Positions 31,135 to 40,421 of a DNA stretch of 64,000 nucleotides are shown here, in pieces. Made by a program: the position numbers and the translations under genes. Under the pieces are notes generated by a model. It was given only the letters and a program-made list of their open reading frames with translations. It did no database searches and was not told the DNA's origin. Positions within the stretch are counted from its first letter, which is position 1. Every line of letters begins with the position of its first letter. Source of the stretch: an uncultured Acidobacteriota bacterium (GTDB lineage Bacteria; Acidobacteriota; UBA6911; RPQK01; JAPXNP01); NCBI GenBank assembly GCA_963777605.1, contig CAVZRV010000030.1, forward strand, positions 1-64,000, given 5' to 3'.

Positions 31135-33097
31135 TGAACCGCCGAATCCGAATCCTGCTGGTTGCGTCGCTGTCATCGCTGATCGGCTGCGTTTTTGTCG
31201 TCTACGCCACGTACCAGCACGTCGGCTACTACACGGGGCACGCGCCCAAGACCTACGACTGCTTTTCCTGCCACGTGGAGGGTCGAGGGTTGGACCCTCT
31301 CGACCTGATTGCCGACTCGGACTACATCAGTCCGTTGAACCTTGCGGTCAGCCCCGACGGGAAGCGGCTTTATGCGACGGGACAGGACGGAGACCAGTTG
31401 GTGGAAGTCGACCTGGCCAGGAAAGAGGTCTCCGCCCGCATCCCGGTAGGCCGGCACCCGTTTGGAGTGACCCTTTCCCGGGACGGAAGGAAAGCTTTTG
31501 TTTCCAATGAATTTTCCGATTCCATCTCAGTTGTCGATTTGCCCGGTCGGGTGGTTCTCAAGTCGATTCCTACTGGAGACCGGCCCAGCGGCCTGGATTT
31601 GACTCCCGATGGAAAGACGCTCTACGTCGCTAACTGGCAGGGGGACACCCTTTCCGCGATCGATCTCGAGACCGGCGCGGTTGAGGTCGACCTGGCCGGC
31701 GGGGGCAGCCCGAACGACGTCGTGATTGTTCCGGGCGGCCGGCAGCTCGTTGCCACCAACGAACTTTCCTACGTCGAGTCCCTGAGGCAGCAGCCGCGGA
31801 CTGAGGTCACCCTGGTCGATTTGCAGGCGCGAAGGATCCTACGGCGCATCGTTCTCCAGGACGCGCACCTGCTCGAAGGGGTGACCGTCCTCCCGGAAGG
31901 TGACCTCGCGCTGGTAACGCTGGTCAAGCCGAAGAACCTGCTCCCAGTCATCCACGTCGAGCGGGGCTGGACCATGAGCAGTGGTGTCGGCGTCATCGAC
32001 CTGCGCACGGGGCGGACCTATCAATTCTTGCTGGACGAGGTGAACCGGTACTTTGCCGATCCCTTCGACATCGTCACGAGCCCCGACGGAAAACGGGCTT
32101 TCGTCAGCCACTCCGGAGTCGATCGCGTCAGTGTGATCGATCTGCAGGCACTCCGCCGACTGGTTGACCAGGTTGTCGCCGGGCGGTTGAGCGAGTCCGA
32201 ACTCCGACTCGATCTGAGTTCCCAGTTCGTGGTGAAGCGTATCGAAACGGCCAGCAACCCAAAGGGCCTGGCGGTTTCACCGGACGGACGGACACTTTTC
32301 GTGGCGGAACGGCTTTCCGACTCCATCCTTGCCGTTGACCTGGACACCCTGGAACCGGCTTACCGGGTCGATCTGGGAGGTCCGGCTCACGAAACGGCGG
32401 TACGGAGGGGCGAAAAACTGTTCAATAGTGCGGCGCGCACGTTTCAGGGGCAGTTCAGTTGCCGGAGTTGCCATCCCCGCAACCACACCGACCGGCTCCA
32501 GTACGACTTCGAACCGGATGGCCTCGGGGAGAACATCGTTGACAACCGTTCTTTGACCGGGATTCGCTATACCGCCCCGTACAAGTGGAACGGCAAGAAC
32601 ACGAGCCTCTTCATGCAGTGCGGAATCCGGTTCTCTCGGATCCTGACCCGGGTCGATTCCTTCAGCGGTGACGAACTGAGCGCGCTCGTGGCCTACATCC
32701 GCTCATTGCCGGTGCCGCCGAATCCCCGGTCTCACGAGGATCCTTCCAAGGTTCCCGCGTTGGAGCGGGGCCGTCACTTTTTCGATCGGACCCATACCAA
32801 AACCGGTGAGTTGATATCCGGAGTCGAACCGATGCATCACCTGCCACCCAGCCCCGCTTTACACCAATCGGAAGAGCGCCGACGTGGGCAGTGCATCGCC
32901 GGGCGATTCGGGCACGGGTTTTCGACACGCCCCATCTCAATAACATTTTTGCGACGGCTCCCTACCTCCATGACGGGAAGGCTCGGACCCTGGAGGAGAT
33001 CTGGACCGTCTACAACGGAAACGACACTCACGGATACACCCGGGACATGTCCAACAGGGATCTCAACGACCTGATTGAGTATCTGAAAACGTTCTGA
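31131..33097 (+). CDS. YVTN/YncE beta-propeller fused to a di-heme CCP/MauG-like domain (HzsB-HzsC-like), with an extra N-terminal heme; frameshifts near 32818 and 32920
   Basis: CFSCH; repeated SPDGK.LYV blades; CRSCH, TAPYKWNG, CITCH (32833-32847, intermediate frame), DTPHL...APYLHDG...DTHG...DLIEYL. Confidence 0.82.
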
Positions 33098-33107
33098 GGA
33101 CAAGAAA

Positions 33108-34347
33108 GTGAAAGAAAAAAGCCTGGTTTTGCTGCTGCTCTTCTCCTCGGTAGCTGCCGCCGTACTGGCGAGCCGGCTCCCTCGAGAAACGACCGTGATT
33201 GCGGAGCATCCGGCCGAACCAGTTCCCTACGCCGGGACAACCCCGGAGCCGAGTTTGTCCGATCACCCGAACCACGATGACCTCGGTGGCCTGTCACCCC
33301 TCCCCCTGGCCACCGAATGGACCAATTTCACGGTTCGGGACGGGCTGCCGTCGAATAAGGTTTTCTCTATCCGGATCGACGGCGATCGGGTCTGGGCCGG
33401 CACCGACCAGGGCCTGGCTTGCTACGAGTCGGGCCGTTGGACGGTTATCGGCGTCAAGGACGGCCTGCCGCACCAGGCCGTCCTGAGCGTCGATGTCAGC
33501 CCTCAGACCGGAGATTTGTGGGTTGGTACCATGGGAGGGCTGGCCCGGATTACGGGGGGCCGAATTGACGTCTTCACCCAGACCAGCAGCGGTCTGTCCA
33601 ACAATTTCGTCAACGAAGTGCAGTGTGACCCGGAAGAAAACGTCGTTTGGGCTGCCACCGCGATGGGCCTGTCCCGTTATGACGTGACGTCCAATACGTG
33701 GCAGGTCTACACCCACGAGAACACGCCGATGCACGAACCCTGGACTTACTCGGTGGCGGTCGATCGAGGGATGGTCTACGTCGGAGCCTGGGGAGCCGGA
33801 ATCCTCGAGTACACCAAGGCGAACGGTCGCTGGAGGGAATACCGGGACCCGGACGGGGAGATGGAAATCGACCTGCTGCCCAACGACGGACCGGTTCACG
33901 ATGTTACTTCGGCAGTCGATTTCGCCGGGGGAGTTTTGTGGCAGGGATCTTACATGGGGATGGCGTCCTACAACGGCAGTGAGTGGCGCAGCTACTACAA
34001 GGAAGACAGCGGCCTTCCCAGCAATTTCGTCAACTTCGTTCGTGCCAGGGGCCGGGTAGCCTGGGTCTGTACCGACTCGGGATTGAGCGTGACCGATTCG
34101 GAGCGCTGGCTGACTTATCGAAAGAGCGGTGCGGGCGGAGAAATCGCGTTCAGCCGTTCAGGGGAGGTCATCCGGAAACCAGCGCATCGGGTCGGTGTTC
34201 CCGCACAACTTCGTGTTGAGTGCGGATGTTCATGGTGACTCGGTCTGGCTGGCCACTGAAGGCGGGGTCAGCCGGGGTCACATCACCGGGACCTGGGACA
34301 CGGCGGAGTCGATGAATGCGGAGAGCGTGGCGAGGAGGGAAGAGTGA
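33108..34347 (+). CDS. Secreted Reg_prop-type beta-propeller protein (frameshift near 34178)
   Basis: Signal peptide; repeated DGLPSN.V...W.GT..GL blades. Confidence 0.85.
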
Positions 34348-35711
34348 TTCGAACACGGCTGATTCTCGGATTGATCTTCTGCCTCGCCGCCGCCACCGCA
34401 GCGGCACCTCCGGCTGAAAAGAACAAAGACCGCGCCCGCTATGCCAACCGTCCCGACAGCCTGGTGCCCTATGCGCGGGCGGCAGTCTACAAGGACACAT
34501 ACGCACAGCCTCCGGAATTCAAGGGGGCCGGGCGAGAGATCCCCGACCCGAAAGTCGATGTGGTCAAGATTGGCTTAATCGGTCCGCTGACCGAAGAAGA
34601 CGAGCCCAAGGTTCCTCCCGGGTTTCGTCCAGGAGTCAACCCGGGCCCGAAAGCGCTTTTCGGCCATCACATGCTGTTGGGCGCGCAAGTCGCGATCGAC
34701 TTTGCCAACCGCAACGGCGGTTACCATGGCAAGAGGTTCGAATTGGTCAAACGGACCGACCTGGTTCAGTGGGGACAGACCAGTGACGAACTGGCCAAGT
34801 TCGCTTTCGAAGACCGGGTCTGGGCGGTGATCTCGGGCATGGACAGCAACAGCAACCACGTGTTGAACCGGGCCACACTCAAGGCCGAAGTTCCCCTGCT
34901 CAACGCCGGGTCAACGGACCCGACCTTGACCGAGCACAACATCCCGTGGCTGGTGCGCTGCATCAACGACGACCGTCTCAACAGTTACGAACTCTTGAAT
35001 TACATTCACCGGGTTCGCAAATTCACCCGGATCGCGGTCCTGCGCGTCAACGACCGGGACGGGCGAGTCGGCGTCGCCGAGTTCATGAAAGGCGCCCGGC
35101 GGCTGGGAACTCCGGTGCTCCTCGAATTGAGGTTTCAAAACGGCGACCAGGATTTCAGGCCTCAGCTCAAGCAGATCCGGGCGCTCCAGCCGGAAGTGAT
35201 CGCCCTGTGGGCCAATCCGCCCGAAGGGGCGCTGATCATGAAGCAGGCAAGGGAACTGGGAATGACCCAACAGTTCGTCGGGTTTGACCGGCTCTCCCAC
35301 CCGACCTTCCTCAAGGAGGTCGGTGCAGCAGGTGACGGGATGGTGGTGGCCGCCACCTTCGATCCCGAAAGCCGAAGCCCGGAATGGCTGGAGTTCGAAC
35401 GGGCTTATCGAGATCGTTACGGAGAGGAGCCCGATGCCTTCGCGGTGCACGGCTACGACGGGGTCCGCCTGGTGATCTCCGCAATCCGCCGGGCCGGTCT
35501 CAACCGGGCCCGAATCCGGGATGCCCTCTATGCCACCACTACGTTCCCCGGGGCCAGCGGTACGATTCGTTTTGACACCACCATGAACGACATAAGCCGG
35601 CCCTGGCTGGCCACCGTCAAGGGCGGCACCCTGAAGTATTTTCAGCCGGAAGACTGGCCGCGGAACGAGCACTTCCCGGTCGTCGTGAGTTCCACGGAGA
35701 GTCGTCGATGA
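34344..35711 (+). CDS. LivJ/LivK-like periplasmic binding protein
   Basis: Signal peptide; VKIGLIGP, N..GG..GK, DF.PQL..I, GYDG and G.SG.I.FD motifs. Confidence 0.88.
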   Translation: MIRTRLILGLIFCLAAATAAAPPAEKNKDRARYANRPDSLVPYARAAVYKDTYAQPPEFKGAGREIPDPKVDVVKIGLIGPLTEEDEPKVPPGFRPGVNPGPKALFGHHMLLGAQVAIDFANRNGGYHGKRFELVKRTDLVQWGQTSDELAKFAFEDRVWAVISGMDSNSNHVLNRATLKAEVPLLNAGSTDPTLTEHNIPWLVRCINDDRLNSYELLNYIHRVRKFTRIAVLRVNDRDGRVGVAEFMKGARRLGTPVLLELRFQNGDQDFRPQLKQIRALQPEVIALWANPPEGALIMKQARELGMTQQFVGFDRLSHPTFLKEVGAAGDGMVVAATFDPESRSPEWLEFERAYRDRYGEEPDAFAVHGYDGVRLVISAIRRAGLNRARIRDALYATTTFPGASGTIRFDTTMNDISRPWLATVKGGTLKYFQPEDWPRNEHFPVVVSSTESRR

Positions 35712-36355
35712 GACTTGGCCTCGGGTTATCACTTGTCACGATCCTTCTCTCCCCGGCGCTTGCGGGAGTAGGGGATCAGCCAAATGAGCCGACGGCCAGA
35801 ATCGGTGTTCTCGTGGCCGGCTCTGATTCCGATCAGGCGGTGGATGACGCGATTCTCTCGGGCGTCAGGATGGCGGCGGCGGAATGGGACCGGGAGCATC
35901 CAGATCAGTCGGGCAGTGTTCAGGTAGTCCCAATCCGGGCCAATACCCGGTGGGATTCCCAGACTTCCGACATCGTCAGGGCTATCTTCGACCACCGACT
36001 CGCAATCGTGATTGGTGCTCCCAACCGCCGAACCGCTCACCTGGCGGCCCAGGTCGTCACGCGGTTAAAAGGGTCTGCTCTCCTGATCGCAATCACTGAG
36101 GATGAGACGCTGACTCAGGCCGGCGTGCCCTGGCTCATGCGGATGTGGGTGGAATCCTCGTTGGCGCAGGCATCCGGAGCGCGGAGCGCGGCGCCGTACG
36201 AAGTTTTGGCCCGGGATGCCGGGCGCGCCGTATTGGAAGCAATCGCGGCCAGTGGTTACGGGGCATCCGGAATTCGCGAGTACTTGGCGGGACACCGATT
36301 TTCCAGCAGACTAGGGACCTTCACGTTCAACCAGTCTGGCGAACGAGTGCAGTAG
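35708..36355 (+). CDS. Short single-lobe LivJ-like periplasmic protein
   Basis: Signal peptide; RIGVL...G...A and GTFTFNQSGER; ATGA-coupled to the previous gene. Confidence 0.65.
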   Translation: MRLGLGLSLVTILLSPALAGVGDQPNEPTARIGVLVAGSDSDQAVDDAILSGVRMAAAEWDREHPDQSGSVQVVPIRANTRWDSQTSDIVRAIFDHRLAIVIGAPNRRTAHLAAQVVTRLKGSALLIAITEDETLTQAGVPWLMRMWVESSLAQASGARSAAPYEVLARDAGRAVLEAIAASGYGASGIREYLAGHRFSSRLGTFTFNQSGERVQ

Positions 36356-36611
36356 GGTACAAGAACCGTTCCCGGAAACAGCAGGACGTCCCCGGTTGTT
36401 TCCTGGGAGGATACACGAGTTGACGGTTGGCACCCCACGCAGAGGCAGACTCCAACCGGGTCCGCGTACCGCGGAGATTTCACCCGGCAGGGGACAGGCG
36501 CCATGCCGGGAGACCCGGGGGCCTTCGTTACCCCCGGCTCTCTGTATGGCGCCGCAAAGGGTTTGGCGACTGGGTCACGAGACAGCCTGGAATGATGTCC
36601 TACCTTGTCCC

Positions 36612-36643
36612 AAATCAGAAATCCAAGATCTTAGATCTCAGAC
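36612..36643 (+). repeat. Degenerate heptamer array (AAATCAG AAATCCA AGATCTT AGATCTC)
   Basis: 7-bp periodicity immediately 3' of the minus-strand oxidoreductase stop. Confidence 0.55.
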
Positions 36644-37928
36644 TGCTTTGCGTTTTTCCGCGTCCCAGATCATGGTCTTGTTCTGGCGATAGGAATCGAC
36701 GCCGAGCTTGATTCCCACCATGGTGGCCGTTCCCAGATCGACGTTGCAGTACGGGACGCCACCATCGCGGATGCAGTTCAGAAAATTCCCTCGCAGATCC
36801 GGGCCGCTCGTCGGGCGTGATTCCGATGCGGGTGTACCCGCCGTTCATCTCCCGGAATTCCTTGACGAAGTCGCCGTTTCCAGAGACCGTCATGCCGGCA
36901 ACCTGGCCTGCCCGATCCTGGTCGGAGTCGAGTTCGATGGTCCCATACTGTCCGTAGATGCGCGTGGGAACAGGCGTGTCGTTGGTCAGGACGCTGGTCA
37001 GGTTAATGGTGAATCCCGAAGCGTAATCCACGTTCATGAGGAAGACGTCGGGGATGTCTCGGCCGTCTTTCAGTATGTAAAGGCCTCCGTTGGCGTTTAC
37101 CCGGTGCGGGAACTCTCCCGTGTTACCCGAGATCGCGATCAGGAGGGGGGCCAGCATGTGGTACAGGAGGTCGGTGGCCACGCCGCCGTTGTAGGGCCAG
37201 TACTTCCGGAACCGGAAGAAGTGCTCGGGATTCCAGGCGATCTTGGGAGCCAGGTTCCACTCCGACCCGAGCCACATGTCCCAGTCGATGTAGTCGTCGC
37301 CCGACTTGTTGGGACCAGCCGTCTCGTCGATCGGGAACCAGACATTGAACGCGCCGCCGCGGACGTTCCGGTTGTAGCCACCCTGGGCCCAGGTCACCTG
37401 CCCGACCTTGCCCGACTTGATCAGTTGCTGCGCTTTCCAGAAACGGTCGTCGGCGGTCCGATTCGGGCCAACCTGAAACACCTTGCCGTACTTCTTGACG
37501 GCATCCTGTACCTCGAACGCCTGGTCGATGGTCAGGGTCATCGGTTTTTCGCAGTAGACGTGCTTTCCGGCGTCCATGGCGTCTATGCTGATCTTGGAAT
37601 GCCAGTGATCCGGAGTCACGACCCAGACTGCATCGATATCCTTGCGCTCGAGCAGTTTCCGGTAGTCCATGAAGCCTTCACCGCCGCATTTCTGCTTGGC
37701 GCGGTTGAGTCGGCGGCGATATACATCGCAAACCGCCACTACCTTGCACCCGTATTTGTCCCCGTGGTCAACGAGCGCATTCACGTGGCCTGTCCCCTGG
37801 CCGCCTACGCCGATGATTCCAACGTTGATCCGATCGTTGGCTCCCAGGATGGTATTCCGACTTCCTACCGCCATCACACCGGCGGTGACTGCCGTGGACT
37901 TGAAGAAATCCCGTCGTGTCGTCTTCAT
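36638..37928 (-). CDS. Tat-exported Gfo/Idh/MocA oxidoreductase (frameshift near 36795)
   Basis: TRRDFFK, GIIGVGGQG, TPDHWH and YCEKP; the C-terminus continues as NFLNCIR...WDAEKRKAV in another frame. Confidence 0.88.
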
Positions 37929-38003
37929 CTCTGCCCTAGCTCCTTTCGAATTTCGCCTCACGCCGGTTGACGCCCGGTCGGTTCCTGCCAATTTATGGTG
38001 AGG

Positions 38004-38927
38004 TCAGTCCCGAGTCAAGATGGCGCCAATCTCGGTGCGCAGTTCCTCAGCAATGCCTTCCGCTGCACCGGCACGGACAATCCAGCTCAGTCCGACGTCA
38101 CCGCAAGACGGTGCAGGGCCCAGGTGGATCTCGATGTCCGCCGGCCCGAGGTCCATGCTCCGAACGATACCGTCCACCTCACAGCATCCCTTCATCCGCA
38201 GGATGTCGAAGCGTCTCCGGACCACGAATCTCTCGATTCGATTCAAGTCTACGCCTCTCCCTGCCCGAACGATGATGGTTTCGAATGCCTGGTTTGGACC
38301 GGAGCCGGGTGTTTCCGCAAGCCGACTGAGGCGGGATTCGGGGAAAAGGGGCCCGTCGGCGTCAGAAAAAGTGCACCGCCGGATTGTTGCCGTCGGCGTC
38401 AACTGAGCGATCCGTTCTGAAGCTCGGGCAAGCAGGGCTTCGGGATAAAGGTCACATTTGTTGAGCAAGACCCGGTCGGCGCATTCGACCTGTTTCTGGA
38501 TGCAGGGGACGGAGTCGACCATTTTCAGGAAGGGGGCGGGGTCCACTATTGTGGTCACCGAAACGAGAGGGAATCTGGAACGAAAACCACTTTCCGCGAG
38601 CACCCGGTCAGCCGAGCCAGGATCTGCGATACCGCTCGCCTCGATCAGTATTCCGTCGAAGCCAGGCTCTCCACCCGCTTCGCTGTCCAGATCCTTCAGA
38701 ACCCCGAGAAGCTCGGTAATTCTACACCGGCAGAAGATGCTTCCTCCACTGATCGAGCGAGCCCGGGCACCGAGGGAGAGCAGTCGATGACCGTCCACAT
38801 CCTGGGGAGAAAAGTCGTTCACGAGGTACAGAAACCGTTCCGTCCGGTGTTCGTTCCAGTGTCGTTCGAGCAGGGTAGTCTTGCCGCTGCCGAGAAACCC
38901 GGTGACAAGCGCGAGCGGTGTCTTCAT
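38004..38927 (-). CDS. CobW/COG0523 G3E P-loop GTPase metallochaperone
   Basis: TGFLGSGKTT, ND, GGSIFCRC, EASGIADP and NKCD motifs. Confidence 0.9.
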   Translation of the reverse strand: MKTPLALVTGFLGSGKTTLLERHWNEHRTERFLYLVNDFSPQDVDGHRLLSLGARARSISGGSIFCRCRITELLGVLKDLDSEAGGEPGFDGILIEASGIADPGSADRVLAESGFRSRFPLVSVTTIVDPAPFLKMVDSVPCIQKQVECADRVLLNKCDLYPEALLARASERIAQLTPTATIRRCTFSDADGPLFPESRLSRLAETPGSGPNQAFETIIVRAGRGVDLNRIERFVVRRRFDILRMKGCCEVDGIVRSMDLGPADIEIHLGPAPSCGDVGLSWIVRAGAAEGIAEELRTEIGAILTRD

Positions 38928-40306
38928 TGCTGCTTGAGCTTCCATGCATTTTCGATCGTCGCAGCCAGTGTGGCCTGATCCGGGATGATCGAGGCAAAGG
39001 CTACGGCGCCGTCGATACAGATACTCGGGATCTGTCCCACTTCGAGGCGAGCCATGGCCGAGAGACCCTCGCGGGTCATGATTCGATGTTCTTTGGCGAT
39101 CACTGGGACCTTGACCTGTTTTGCCGCCCGTTGGACGGCTTCCATCATGTACTGGCAGGGAGCACACGAGGCCGAGTCCAATGTGATGACATCGATTTGT
39201 ACATGCGGCAGTCCCGTGTAGCAGTCCGGCAGGTCGGGCTTCACTTCCGACCCGCTCTTGGCGACGATTGTCCGCTTGGCCACTTCCCGGCTGTAGCCAT
39301 CTCGCACCATCTCTGAGACCGCCTGCAGGTTTGTCTCCGGAGTCGCATAGGGGAGGTCGCAGCCGGGTGATAGAACGAAACCGCATCCTCCCCCGATGTC
39401 CACACAGCGGATGGCGTCGAGTCGGGAGTCGTCGTCGTCTCCGAGGAGTAGCGTGGAGGTCAGCTTCAGATTGCCGCCGAATGACTTGTTGCTGGTCCGC
39501 GTAATGTCCCGGACCTTGGCTAGGGGTATATTTTCGTCGATCGAAATGTTGTCACAGCCAGTTTCGTTCATCACTTCCAGATTGCGTGTTGCATCACCGC
39601 ATACAAACAGGGACGAGAGTCCTTTGCGCCGGCGGATCTCTCCGAAGATCTGGTCGAGCGGACCGGCGACGAAGTCGGCGAAGTGGCGGGGGGATATTTG
39701 GCTTGTCATGGGATCAACGACGGCAACCACGTCGGCGCCGTTTTCGAGATATGCCGTCGCGACCCGGCTCCCGACCGCAGCACAGAAAGCGATCACGGCT
39801 TTGACGTAATCGGGATGATCGAACATGGAGAGGAAAATTCCGTTGCCCATCAGGTGGAGGGCCAGGGTGAAAGGGCCACAGATCAGTCCGTAAAGCCCGA
39901 CCTCCGCCCCGAACTCCCGCTTCAGCACGCCCAGTGTCTCGAATACGACGGGGAACCGTCCCTGGGACGGATCGAAAGACGGCAGGTCCGAGAGGGATCG
40001 TCCCGCCTCGAGAGGATGGTCCGCTACGCTCGGCGGTGAGTCTTCGGGCCAGTTGAGGCAACACCCCAGAACCTCGGCTTCGAGCTGCAGATCAAAACAG
40101 ACCGGCAGTGCGTCAGGACGGTAGAGTTCTGCCGCCTTGATCAGCCCGCCTGCCATCAGGCTCGATGAACGGAGATATCGGGGCGCCCTCTCACCGATCA
40201 GTTTGCCGCCATGAACACCTACAAAAGGTACCCAGGCGGGGCGCCAGGTCACCTCGTTTCGAATCGCACGCAGCAGGAGTCCACGACCGGTTTCATCGCT
40301 ATCCAC
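38924..40306 (-). CDS. URO-D/MtaA-like methyltransferase with a C-terminal thioredoxin-like CxxC domain
   Basis: FDLQLEAE.LG, GPFTLA, VCG, GGN and SPGCD motifs; C-terminal SCAPC...PSI.IDG; RBS GGGAGG. Confidence 0.85.
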   Translation of the reverse strand: MDSDETGRGLLLRAIRNEVTWRPAWVPFVGVHGGKLIGERAPRYLRSSSLMAGGLIKAAELYRPDALPVCFDLQLEAEVLGCCLNWPEDSPPSVADHPLEAGRSLSDLPSFDPSQGRFPVVFETLGVLKREFGAEVGLYGLICGPFTLALHLMGNGIFLSMFDHPDYVKAVIAFCAAVGSRVATAYLENGADVVAVVDPMTSQISPRHFADFVAGPLDQIFGEIRRRKGLSSLFVCGDATRNLEVMNETGCDNISIDENIPLAKVRDITRTSNKSFGGNLKLTSTLLLGDDDDSRLDAIRCVDIGGGCGFVLSPGCDLPYATPETNLQAVSEMVRDGYSREVAKRTIVAKSGSEVKPDLPDCYTGLPHVQIDVITLDSASCAPCQYMMEAVQRAAKQVKVPVIAKEHRIMTREGLSAMARLEVGQIPSICIDGAVAFASIIPDQATLAATIENAWKLKQQ

Positions 40307-40421
40307 TTTTGTTCCCTCCCGAGAATACCATCGGGAATTAGCGATTAGGAGAGGTGTCGGGTTTCTGACCTCTGCTCGACCCCACCACCCACTGCGAGCG
40401 GGGTCCAGGTTGAAGGCCGAT

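Noticed and set aside
29962-33097. Claim that the organism performs anammox
   Set aside because: The alpha-like protein is short and lacks the second heme domain, no HAO/HDH is in the window, and the flanking genes do not look like Brocadiales; only homology is supported.
31131-36800. Programmed ribosomal frameshifting at the frame breaks
   Set aside because: No canonical slippery heptamer with a downstream structure, and similar lesions occur in unrelated genes.
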